Source of the DNA: Macrostomum lignano
Taxonomy: Eukaryota
Direction of reading: 5' to 3'
Length of the DNA: 64,000 nt
Assembly (NCBI GenBank): GCA_002269645.1
Contig: NIVC01003594.1
Location: 24,977-88,976 of the forward strand
Shown piece after piece: positions 36,395-47,232 of this stretch. The position numbers and the translations under genes are program-made. Position 1 is the first letter of the stretch; each line of letters opens with the position of its first letter. The notes beneath the pieces were generated by a model. That model was not told where the DNA came from. It ran no database searches and saw only the letters and a list, made by a program, of their open reading frames with translations.

Positions 36395-38212
36395 ATGGCA
36401 ACCTCGGAGAAGACGAACAACAAAGATGACTTACCGTCAGCTGAGCAGCTGCTGAACTGCTCCGTGTGTCACCGCATGGTCTCCGATCCCAGGCTGTTGC
36501 CATGCTCACACTCTGTGTGTCTCCGCTGTGTGGACTCAGTCAGAGATCCCACGGACAGGCGCACTGGAAGCTGCCCTGTCTGTCAGGCAAAACTTGAGCT
36601 GCCGCAGAACTCAAATCAGCTCCATCGAGACGTCATGAAGTTACGATTAGCGGAAAGTGTCAAGGCCTCCGTAGTCAGTACGAAGCCATGCACTCATTCT
36701 GACTGCAAGAAAATGTCAAAAAGCGTGTCAGCCTTGTCGAGCCGAGCCATGTGCGAGCAGCATCTGCAGGCGGAGCTGGACCGGCTGGCTGCAGAGGCGG
36801 CCTCACTGAGAGAGCCGGTCGCGGCTGCACTGGCGCCAGCAAGCCGTCTCTCAGGAATTTGTGGTCGAGCGGCAGAGAAGAAGCAGAGTCTGGAGGCCAC
36901 GCAGCGAGAGGTGGAGTCAAAGTTCAAGAGACTTCGAGAGCAGCTCGAGGACGCAGAGACGCTGGCGTTGAAGGCAGTTCGGATCGACATTGAGAGGAGC
37001 TCGAGCTGCAGTGAGAGTGCAGAGTCGATTCGAGCTCAGCTGGAGCAGTTTCAGAGTATGGGTGAGAGCTGGTCGGACTTGCAGACTGCAGGCAGTCAAG
37101 GTGCAGTGCAGCTGGTCGATGAGACGAAGAGAGCACTGCGTCAGCTTGAGCACCTTGACGACTCGTTTGCGACAGTCTCTGATGTAGTGAAGTCAACAGT
37201 TCAGGCCAGTGTGGAGAGTTTGAAGGCCAGCAATGAAAAACTATGCAGTGAATTGGAGGTTCTTCTTGATCGGAAAGTTTCAGGTGGCTCGGTGTTATCG
37301 CTTAAAGATTCAAAGCCTGTTGGATTTGAGTTCGCTCCTCTCTTTGTAGTCTGCTTGTCGGGTGTGAAGCTCATGTTGGACTCAAATTTGTATGTCTGTA
37401 AACTGAATGGCAGCCTTCCAACTGGCGCTACTACGCTACCAAAGTCGATCATGTTTGTCATCTTCAAACGGTCGAATTATTTCGATTCCAAGCAAGAATT
37501 TCAACTATTTTCGCTTCCTAATTGCATCCCAATTTTCGGAGCGCGATTTGCCTTGCAGTTTCCGAATTCGTATTACTCTCGTACTGAAACGATTGAAGCC
37601 ATTTTTGGCGCTTCTTCTGGGTGTTTTGTTGTCGCTATTTATGGAAAACTCTTCACTGCAGATGCCAGTGGAAAATTGATAAAGTCCGTTGGCATAGAGG
37701 ATAGCAAACTGTGGCACTTTTCTCCGGAATCAGACCAGCTTACGGTTTCTCACTCAAGCTGTGGTGTCCAGTATGTCTCTGTGTTCAACATCAATCTGGA
37801 AAAAATTCGAACCGTAGTGATTTCTGCTTCTTCCATCTCGTCAGTGTTCGCCGTTGGGCCGAAATTCATGTTGGTAGACTTTGGCGACGGCAAGGTGTCG
37901 AGAGTTGATGTAGACAGTCGCAGCATCTCCGAGCTGGCTCAGCTCGACAGACTGGTTGGTCGACACCGTCGTACCACTGCAGAGCCTGGCGCCTTTGCGC
38001 TGTTCTTTGGCGCTGGCAATGCGGTATTTGTTGAAGGCAAGCATGCTGTGGCCGTGAACAAGAGCGGACAGGTGGTGCAAGCTCTGCAGCTGAAGAACAA
38101 GGTGTCGAGAACTGCAACTGTTGTTCGGATGGCGAACCAGTACTATCTGGTCATGCTCAGTGCATCCTGCAACTCCATGGAGCTTGTGTCAGTTGACCCG
38201 ACTTGCTTTTGA
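36395..38212 (+). CDS. TRIM-like paralogue D (605 aa, intronless)
   Basis: RING CSVC..CSHSVCLRC..CPVC, a shared coiled-coil block and a divergent beta-rich C-terminus. ATG at 36395 follows a TTTCAG acceptor-like site. Confidence 0.88.
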   Translation: MATSEKTNNKDDLPSAEQLLNCSVCHRMVSDPRLLPCSHSVCLRCVDSVRDPTDRRTGSCPVCQAKLELPQNSNQLHRDVMKLRLAESVKASVVSTKPCTHSDCKKMSKSVSALSSRAMCEQHLQAELDRLAAEAASLREPVAAALAPASRLSGICGRAAEKKQSLEATQREVESKFKRLREQLEDAETLALKAVRIDIERSSSCSESAESIRAQLEQFQSMGESWSDLQTAGSQGAVQLVDETKRALRQLEHLDDSFATVSDVVKSTVQASVESLKASNEKLCSELEVLLDRKVSGGSVLSLKDSKPVGFEFAPLFVVCLSGVKLMLDSNLYVCKLNGSLPTGATTLPKSIMFVIFKRSNYFDSKQEFQLFSLPNCIPIFGARFALQFPNSYYSRTETIEAIFGASSGCFVVAIYGKLFTADASGKLIKSVGIEDSKLWHFSPESDQLTVSHSSCGVQYVSVFNINLEKIRTVVISASSISSVFAVGPKFMLVDFGDGKVSRVDVDSRSISELAQLDRLVGRHRRTTAEPGAFALFFGAGNAVFVEGKHAVAVNKSGQVVQALQLKNKVSRTATVVRMANQYYLVMLSASCNSMELVSVDPTCF

Positions 38213-39388
38213 GGTCTTTATTTTATTGTGTCGGAGACTTTTTGGATGCAAATGATCCTTATCTAGTTTAATGAAATTTCGCATCTTTGTTCGAATTCAC
38301 GGTTTCACCTTTGATGACCTTTTCTTCTCAATGTTTACAGTTTTTTCAGCATTTTATTTAGTAGCTATCTGTAGTGGGATTTACGAAATTTTTGAGTAGC
38401 ATTTGGAATATGCAATACTTCATTAAATATACTCGTAGCTAGAATACTCGTGTTGAATATCTAATGTTTATTTTATGCAGGTACAAAACTTGAGTCTTCA
38501 ACGTACTCCTGAACCAAATAGCAATTAGATTTCGTTAATTTTGTGTAACCACAGAAAACGTATGTACCAGTATGTATTTCATTGGATTATTAATATTTTT
38601 GAGCAACAGTATTTACTGTAGCAATTATTAATGGTGGAGGTTTTTCAATTGCTGTATTTTTCTAAGAGCCAGCTCAAATGTATTTTTTCCGTTGCATTTG
38701 TTAATTACTATTTTCTATTTTCTACAACCGAACCAAGCCTTTAAACTATGTGTAATGTTTCTCTTGAAGTGCATTTTGCTTTTCTAAGCTCGGTGATTTT
38801 CGCAGTGCATTATTGCCTAATAATCTTGTTTACCAAATTTAACTGTTATGTACATTTAAAGTAGCAATAAACCGTTTCTACTCATTCAGTTTAATTTTGT
38901 TCTTTTATTGGTTATTTATTTCAGTATTTAAATTTGTCAAAAAGCGTTAATAACGTCATAAAATAGTTAAATGCATCATCATCCTTAGTGTAATATAAAG
39001 AACTATCACTTATGAAGATTTCATCTGTGAAAGTCACTGAGTCTTTCTTGTCTCTGATGAAACTGCACGTCTTTGCAACCGCTGTTTTTAAGTTCAACGC
39101 ATATAATTACTGTTTACTAAAAAGTCTGAATTTTGTTAGACTAGGTATAGGAAAAGCCAAGGTGCAAATCATGAGCAGACTGGTCGATAGATAAGGCCTA
39201 TACTTAGAAGTAAGCCTCAAGGTGTTTCGTTCTTTTTATGGCTATTCGTAAGTTCAATAAAATACTACTAATAGCAATCTTGCTTGAATGAGTTTTTAAA
39301 TAGGGCTTTTGTGCTTTCGCTTTACGAGCTATATGCATATTTTCATTGTCAACTCAACTTATTATTTTCAGCCGTCAGCTAGCCAGTC

Positions 39389-40397
39389 ATGTCCTTAGTC
39401 CCGTGGCGTTTCGACAGCCCCTACGCTGACGAGCGCAACAGTCCGGTGCGCAACTTCTGTCTGGCTGGCCATCGTCTGGCCATTGTGCAGGACTTGACTA
39501 GCGGACCCATCGGACCGGCTGAGGGCACCACAGGCAGGCGGCTGTGGAGTGCCGGATTCCTTCTGGTAATTTTGCAAGTGAAGGAGGCGGAGTGAGGTGG
39601 GTGTGCAAGTAAAGGAGGTGGAGTGAGGTGGGTGGGCAAGTAAAGGAGGTGGAGTGAGGTGGGTGTACAAGTAAAGGAGGTGGAGCGAGGTGGGTGTGCA
39701 AGTATAGGAGGCGGAGTGAGGTGGGTGTGCAAGGGACAGAGCGGAGTCGGAGTGAAGTGGGGCTTGCTAGTGACGTAATCAATGACGTAACCCTTAACTA
39801 TTGGACCATTTCCAGGCCAATTTGATCTCCAAATCAGCGGATTGCTTACCGGCCGAGCTTCGACGCTCTTTGTCCATCGGTCGCCAGCGTCAGCGCCAAG
39901 TGCTGGAGCTGGGCGCCGGCTGCGGCCTGCCATCGCTGGTGTGCGCCTGCCGCGGTGCCCAGGTGGTGGCCACCGACTCAGCCGACTCTCTGCCGCATCT
40001 CCGCCGGTCAATCGACGCCAATGCAAGTTTGCCTGACCAGACAAAGACCTCCATTGAAGTTGCCGCATTAGACTGGGCCAATCCAAACAAAGAGCTGCTA
40101 CTTGGCCGCGATTGGCTGGCTGTCATTGGCGCCGATTTGTTCTTTGATCCTGCCGCCTCGGCGGCTCTGTTTGACTTAACGCTGATGCCGCTGCTGCAGT
40201 CCCGACCGGGGCTTGTCTGCGCCTTTGTGTTCAAGCGGCGCGGCCTGGCCGGCGAGGCGGAGTTTCTCGACAGACTGCGGCAGGCGGCCGGTGATGGCCG
40301 GCTGGAGTGGAGCAGCGAAGAGCTGCAGCCAATGCCGGAGTTCGCGGATCCGAGCCAGCACCGTCTGGTGACTGTGCGGTCCAAGGGCTGCGGCTGA
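39389..40397 (+). CDS. METTL21-family (Methyltransf_16) protein-lysine methyltransferase; exons 39389-39565 and 39816-40397
   Basis: TTGRRLWSAG, VLELGAGCG (SAM motif I), ATD, LDW, GADLFF. Phase-0 GT-AG intron containing a repeat of about 31 bp. Confidence 0.87.
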
Positions 40398-40555
40398 AGC
40401 TTATGGATTATTGATTGATGTTGTGCATTTGCTACTCTTTATGGCCTACTAATTAGTAGTATTGTGTATATAAGAAAGTCTTTCTAGTTTCTAGCATGTT
40501 TGTTTATATTGTTTCGATTTTATATATCTGAGCTACTATAATTACTTTGCATTTA

Positions 40556-40871
40556 GGGAATGTAGTGGTTGGAGCGTCGGACTCATGACTGAAAGGTCGG
40601 GGGTTCGATTCCCGATCCCACTCGAAACAATTCGTGTCCTATTTGAGGAAGACACTTTAACTCTGCATTGCTTCAGTTCAACCAGCTGTAAAATGGGTGC
40701 CAGCATTAGCTGGGGTAATTGAGGGTGTGTGGCGACCCTCCAGTCCTTGGACTGAACAGCCGTACGCAGCCTTCAGATGCGCCGCGCAATAGCTGCGGCT
40801 GAGCTGTCGGTTGCAAATCTGGCTCAATTGGGGCAGGTGTAATCAATTATTAATAATAATTATTATTATTT
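40556..40871 (+). mobile_element. tRNA-derived SINE
   Basis: A box TAGTGGTTGG, B box GGTTCGATTCC, core GTGTCC..GAGGAAGACACTTTAAC..CCAGCTGTAAAATGGGT typical of conserved-domain SINEs, and an (AAT/ATT)n tail. Confidence 0.8.
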
Positions 40872-41275
40872 AGGCTTCGCGATATTGTAGCCTACCTGTA
40901 GAACAAAAAAAACAAGGAATAATCTGCAGAAAAAAATCAGAGAAAAATCCGAAAAAAAGAATAATACTTATCGTGTTGAAAGTCTTAAAAATCAGTCAGC
41001 CTTAGAATTCAAAATATGATTATCATTATAATTATTATTCAAAAAGTTCTTGCGCTTGTTGTTTTGGCTGTGGCGGCTTTTTGAATAAAGTTCAAAAGAA
41101 CATTTGAATTATTAGTTAAACGTACATAATTATCAGATAAGAAAATGAACCAAATATGGCCATTTTTTACTGATCTGGCTGGGGTTAATTATTTTGTTGA
41201 TTAAATTCAAATCGCACCAGCCACTGAGCTCAAATCTTTAATGTTGAAATTTCAGCCAAGTATTTCTAAGCCCTG

Positions 41276-44200
41276 ATGAAGCCAAAGCCCGTGCAGCCTC
41301 CCCGGCTAGCTTCATCGGCCTCCGAGCTCGGCGTCAAACGGCCGGCCGAGAAGCGCCGCGAAGCCAAGCAGAAAAAGAAGCAACAGAAAGCCAATGCGAA
41401 AAAGCAATTGAAAGAGAAACGCCAGCAACAGTCGGCTGACGTTTCTATGCGAGACCATAGCGTCCTTGACAACAGTCGCCATAGCAACCGCGAGTCGGCC
41501 GATGAAGACGACGACGACGATGAGGTGGCGCTGAACCCGGATTTCAAATTCGACCTGCCAGCCGCCAAGCCTCATCAACCGCTTTCCCAGCCTCCTGAGC
41601 CCAAGCTGCGCGCCCACGGCGAGAAGACCAACGTTGACGCTCTCATACAGCGGCGCCTGCTGCGGCAGAAGCCCGCTGACGCCGACGCCGACCTGGAAGC
41701 GGCTGCCGATGACCCTGCATCCGGTTCGGCCGCTCCGCAGGCTGAAGCCCCGATCGATCCCGACCTGGTGGACGCTGACGAGGTGAAGCCGAAGGCCAAG
41801 AAGGGCCGCAAACAGGCGGCCGGGCCGGCCACGCCTGGCTTTGCGGACGAGATCGACCGGCCGGACCTGCCGGCTGGGTCCAGCTTCCTGGCTCTCAACC
41901 TGTCCCGGCCGCTGCTGCGCGCCCTGGCCGAGCTGTCCTGGTCGCGGCCGACTCCAATCCAGGCCGCCTGCGTGCCAATCGCTCTGGCCGGCCGCGACAT
42001 CTGCGCCTGCGCTCGCACCGGCAGCGGCAAGACGGCCGCCTTCCTGCTGCCCGTCATCGAACGGCTGCTGTACAAGCCGGCGGGACCGCCTGTGACCCGG
42101 GTGCTCGTGCTCAGCCCCACCAGGGAGCTGGCCGTGCAGATTCACAGCGTGGCCGAGCAGCTGCTGCGCTACTGCGGACGGCGGGTGTCGCTGAGTCTGT
42201 CGGCTGGTGGTCTGGATCTGCGGGGTCAGGAGGCTGCGCTCAGGCAGGTCAGTCAGGCAGTCAGATAGTCAGTCAGTCAGTCAGTCAGTCAGTCAGTCAG
42301 TCAGTCAGTCAGTCAGTCAGTCAGTCAGTCAGTCAGTCAGTCAGTCAGTCAGTCAGTCAGTCAGTCAGTCAGTCAGTCAGTCAGTCAGTCAGTCAGTCAG
42401 TCAGTCAGTCAGTCAGTCAGTCAGTCAGTCAGTCAGTCAGTCAGTCAGTCAGTCAGTCAGTCAGTCAGTCAGTCAGTCAGTCAGTCAGTCAGTCAGTCAG
42501 TCAGTCAGTCAGTCAGTCAGTCAGTCAGTCAGTCAGTTAGTCAGTCCGTCAGTCAGTCAGTCAGTCAGTCAGTCAGTCAGTCAGTCAGTCAGACCGTCAG
42601 TCAGTCAGTCAGTCAGTCAGTCAGACCGTCAGTCAGTCAGTCCAAAGGGACAGCAAGTGGACTTTCCTGATTTCAATCATGTTACTATTAGTACGTAGTG
42701 TTTCTTGTATGTAAATTTGGGTACTAAGTGTGGGAAGCGATTTTTTTCGAATTCCAACCGCTTTGTTGTTTATTTTCCGCGTAAAGTCTGTCCTACCCGC
42801 ATTATAAAGTACATTTTGTACTTGATATTATCTGTAGGTTGCTGTATATTTTCTTCCTAATCCTAATCAACCGCGCAGGGTCCGGACATTGTCGTAGCAA
42901 CGCCCGGCCGCCTCATCGATCACGCGCACAATGCGCCCAGCTTCCACTTGCGCAATATTGAAATTCTTGTTCTAGACGAAGCTGACAAACTGATTGACGA
43001 GTTTTTTATTGAACAGATCAAAGAGATTGTGCGGCTGTGCTCGCCTACTCGACAGGTGCGTCTTGAATGGGTGTTTTATTATTGCTTCAGCTCACTTCAG
43101 TCTCATCTACTGATTTTCTGACTTATTCAGACCCATACTGTCTTACTCAGTCTCACCTACTGTCTCACTCAGACTCACTCACCGTCTCACCTGTCTCACT
43201 CAGACTCACTCACCGTTTCAACCTGTCTCACTCAGACTCACTCACCGTCTCAACCTGTCTCACTCAGACTCACTCACCGTCTCAGCCTGTCTCACTCAGA
43301 CTCACTTACCGTCTCAACCTGTCTCACTCAGACTCACTCAACGTCTCAGCCTGTCTCACTCAGACTCACTCACCGTCTCAGCCTGTCTCACTCAGACTCA
43401 CTCACCGTCTCAGCCTGTCTCACTCAGACTCACTTACCGTCTCAGCCTGTCTCACTCAGACTCACTCAACGTCTCAGCCTGTCTCACTCAGACTCACTTA
43501 CCGTCTCAGCCTGTCTCACTCAGACTCACTTACCGTCTCAGCCTGTCTCACTCAGACTCACTCACCATCTCAGCCTGTCTCACTCAGACTCACTCACCAT
43601 CTCAGCCTGTCTCACTCAGACTCACTTACCATCTCAGCCTGTCTCACTCAGACTCACTTACCGTCTCAGCCTGTCTCACTCAGACTCACTTACCATCTCA
43701 GCCTGTCTCACTCATACTCACTCTCCGGCTATCTCCCAGGTGCTGCTGTTCAGCGCCACCATGACAGACGACGTCCGCGAGCTGTCGGCCATGGCGCTGC
43801 GCAATCCGGTGAAGCTGTTCCTCAGCGACAAGGCCGACGTCACCCTCCGCCTGCAGCAGGAGTTCGTGCGCATCCGCGAACAGCGCGAATCCGATCGTGA
43901 AGCCATAGTCGCAGCGCTGGTGCAGCGCAGCTTCAACGAGCGCTGCATCGTGTTCTGCCCGACCCGCCGGCTGTGCCATCGGATGCACGTCCTGCTCGGC
44001 CTGCTAGGCGTGTCGTGCGCCGAGTTGCACAGCTCGTTGAGCCAGGCCCAGCGGCTGGAGGCGCTAGAACGATTTCACAAGGCCGAGGTTGGCGTGCTGC
44101 TGGCCACAGATCTGGTGTCGCGAGGCCTGGATATTCAGGGCGTGCGGACCGTCATTAACTACAGCCTGCCGGATACGCTCAAGGTGCGAAGAGTTTGGGC

Positions 44201-45232
44201 TTAGTAGAGTTTTCTACTATACATATCGGTAGACTATAATAGACATTTAATATATATTGTATTTGAAGAATTCAACAAATCGTTTCTTTATTGTCTTCCA
44301 GTTAGTAATAAAGTTACCGAACGAGACTCCCACTCTATCGTCCTTCAGATTTACACCCACCCATCGGCCATCCTTATCCAGGTGTGCACTCAGCCCATCC
44401 TCATCCAGGTGTACACTCACCCCATCCTCATCCAGGTGTACACTCACCCCATCCTCATCCAGGTGTACACTCACCCCATCCTCATCCAGGTGTACACTCA
44501 CCCCATCCTTATCCAGGTGTACACTCTCCCCATCAATATCCAGGTGTACACTAACCTCATCCTCATCCAGGTGTACACTCACCCCATCCTCATCCAGGTG
44601 TACACTCACCCCATCATTATCCAGGTGTACACTCCCACAATCCTCATCCAGGTGTACACTCACCCATCAATATCCAGGTGTACACTAACCTCATCCTCAT
44701 CCAGGTGTACACTCACCCCATCCTCATCCAGGTGTACACTCACCCCATCCTCATCTAGGTGTACACTCACCCCATCATTATCCAGGTGTACACTCACCGA
44801 GTTGGCCGCACCGCCCGAGCCGGCAAGCAGGGCCTGGCCATCAGTCTGGCGGGAGAGGCGGAGCGGCCTCTACTGAAGCAGATTGTGCGCAAAGCGCCGA
44901 TCCCCGTAAAGCTGCGCACGGTGCCAAAGTCGACAGTAGCGGCTTATCGAGAGCGCATCGCCGCCCTGGAGCCGGACGTGTCCGCCGTGATGCAGGAGGA
45001 GCGTCTCGAGTCCGCGCAGCGGGCGGCCGAGCAGTCGCTGAATCGGGTTCAGAAGCGCCTGGAAGCGGCTGGCAGCAGCGGCAGTCGGTCGCAGCAGCAG
45101 CAGCAACTGCAGCGCAACTGGTTCAGAGCCAGGGGCGGCTGCAATTCAGCAACTGCCGGCGCCGCCAGCGGAGTCCTTGGCGCGGGAAAACTGGGGAAAG
45201 CCAAGGGGAAGAAAGCAAAAGGCAGTGCTTGA
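41276..45232 (+). CDS. DDX27: DEAD-box RNA helicase DDX27/DRS1; exons 41276-42247, 42879-43055, 43740-44183, 44786-45232
   Basis: LNLSRPLLRAL, PTPIQ, CARTGSGKT, PTRELA, ATPGRLIDH, VLDEAD, FSAT, SRGLDI, HRVGRTARAG, and an N-terminal NPDFKF motif. Confidence 0.92.
42248..42641. repeat. (GTCA)n microsatellite starting at the DDX27 intron 1 donor
   Basis: Direct reading of the sequence. Confidence 0.97.
43100..43720. repeat. 32-bp minisatellite (CTCACTCAGACTCACTCACCGTCTCAGCCTGT), DDX27 intron 2
   Basis: Tandem units. Confidence 0.93.
44365..44797. repeat. 27-bp minisatellite made of the DDX27 intron 3 acceptor plus the exon start
   Basis: 16 copies of (C/T)AG|GTGT(A/G)CACT from 44381 to 44785; the last copy runs into VYTHRVGRTAR. 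Confidence 0.93.
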
Positions 45233-45289
45233 ATTTTGAGTTTTTTAAAATTGGATCCTCACGCTGGGTTCCCCTTGGCTCTTGCCTTT

Positions 45290-46172
45290 GTCTCTCCCCC
45301 CTGTCCCTACCTGAGTCTCCCCCTCTGTCCCTACCTGAGTCTCCCCCTGTCCCTAACTGAGTTTTCTCTGTCCCCACCTGAGTCTCCCCCCTGTCCCTAC
45401 CTGAGTCTCCCCCTCTGTCCCTACCTGAGTCTCCCCCCTGTCCCTACCTGAGTCTCCCCCTCTGTCCCTACCTGAGTCTCCCCCTCTGTCCCTACCTGAG
45501 TCTCCCCCTGTCCCTACCTGAGTCTCCCCCTGTCCCTACCTGAGTCTCCCCCTGTCCCTACCTGAGTCTCCCCCTGTCCCTACCTGAGTCTCCCCCTGTC
45601 CCTACCTGAGTCTCCCCCTGTCCCTACCTGAGTCTCCCCCTGTCCCTACCTGAGTCTCCCCCTCTGTCCCTACCTGAGTCTCCCCCTGTCCCTACCTGAG
45701 TCTCCCCCTCTGTCCCTACCTGAGTCTCCCCCTGTCCCTACCTGAGTCTCCCTCTGTCCCTACCTGAGTCTCCCCCTGTCCCTACCTGAGTCTCCCCCTG
45801 TCCCTACCTGAGTCTCCCCTGTCCCTACCTGAGTCTCCCCCTGTCCCTACCTGAGTCTCCCCCTCTGTCCCTACCTGAGTCTCCCCCTGTCCCTACCTGA
45901 GTCTCCCCCTGTCCCTACCTGAGTCTCCCCTCTGTCCCTACCTGAGTCTCTCCTCTGTCCCTACCTGAGTCTCCCCCTCTGTCCCTACCTGAGTCTCCCC
46001 TCTGTCCCTACCTGAGTCTCCCCTCTGTCCCTACCTGAGTCTCCCCCTGTCCCTACCTGAGTCTCCCCCTCTGTCCCTACTTGAGTCTCTCCCCTGTCCC
46101 TACCTGAGTCTCCCCCTCTGTCCCTACTTGAGTCTCTCCCCCTGTCCCTACTTGAGTCTCTCCCCCTGTCCC
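45290..46172. repeat. 22-24-bp minisatellite (CCCCCTGTCCCTACCTGAGTCT)
   Basis: Tandem units downstream of DDX27. Confidence 0.95.
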
Positions 46173-46429
46173 TTAAATTCAGTTTCTAAAAGGGTTGCAG
46201 TTAATTTATCCTACTATGCTCGCGATTCGCATTGTAAAATAATAAAAAACTTTATTTGCGCGTAAATTATTAACGGCATTTAATATTTTCCGACCTGTTT
46301 GAATAAATGCTGATCCAATGCAGATTGGAGCTGAGCTGTGTGGCTCCTCATTCTGCGACTTTGGACCGTCTGGGCTTGTTCGAGGAAACTGCTGGAGTCT
46401 ATTGATTTTTTTCTGTGGATTAGCTGCTA

Positions 46430-46941
46430 GTCTGTTTTTGTCTGTCTGTCTCTGCTGTCTGTCTGTCTGCCTGTCTCTCTGTCTGTCTGTCTGTGTCTGT
46501 CTGCCTGTCTCTATGTCTGTCTGTCTGTGTCTGTCTGTCTGTAAGTGTCTGTCTGTCAGTCAGTGTCTGTCTCTCTGTCTGTCTGTCTGTCTGTCAGTCT
46601 GTCTGTCTATTTGTCTGTGTCTGTCTGTCTATCTCTCTGTCTGTGTGTCTGTCTGTCTGTGTCTGTCTCTCTGTCTGTGTCTGTCTGTCTGTGTCTGTCT
46701 CTCTGTCTGTGTCTGTCTGTCTGTCTGTAAGTGTCTGTCTGTCAGTCAGTGTCTGTCTCTCTGTCTGTCTGTCTGTCTGTCAGTCTGTCTGTCTATTTGT
46801 CTGTGTCTGTCTGTCTATCTCTCTGTCTGTGTGTCTGTCTGTCTGTGTCTGTCTCTCTGTCTGTGTCTGTCTGTCTGTGTCTGTCTCTCTGTCTGTGTCT
46901 GTCTGTCTGTAAGTGTCTGTCTGTCAGTCAGTGTCTGTCTC

Positions 46942-46986
<45 letters not shown>

Positions 46987-47160
46987 TTGTCTGTGTCTGT
47001 CTGTCTATCTCTCTGTCTGTGTGTCTGTCTGTCTGTGTCTGTCTCTCTGTCTGTGTCTGTCTGTCTGTGTCTGTCTGTCTGTGTCTGTCTCTCTGTCTGT
47101 GTCTGTCTGTCTGTGTCTGTCTCTCTGTCTGTGTGTCTGTCTGTGTGTCTGTCTGTCAAT
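46430..47160. repeat. Complex (TGTC)n microsatellite with higher-order repeats
   Basis: Direct reading of the sequence. Confidence 0.95.
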
Positions 47161-47232
47161 CCAGTCGCACAGGATAGGGTAGATACTGCACTAAAAGCAG
47201 CCCAGCACTCGCACAAATTGCCCGGTTATTGC

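Noticed and set aside
40556-40625. A tRNA gene
   Set aside because: A and B boxes are present, but the acceptor stem is incomplete and the sequence continues into a SINE core and AAT tail.
25966-42145. Antisense ORFs over the TRIM, METTL21, DDX27 and RINT1 exons
   Set aside because: These are expected shadows of GC-rich coding sequence and show no independent motifs.
42985-43000. DEADKL instead of DEADRM, and a short C-terminus in DDX27, as functional novelty
   Set aside because: The substitution is conservative, the core motifs are intact, and a missed terminal exon cannot be excluded.
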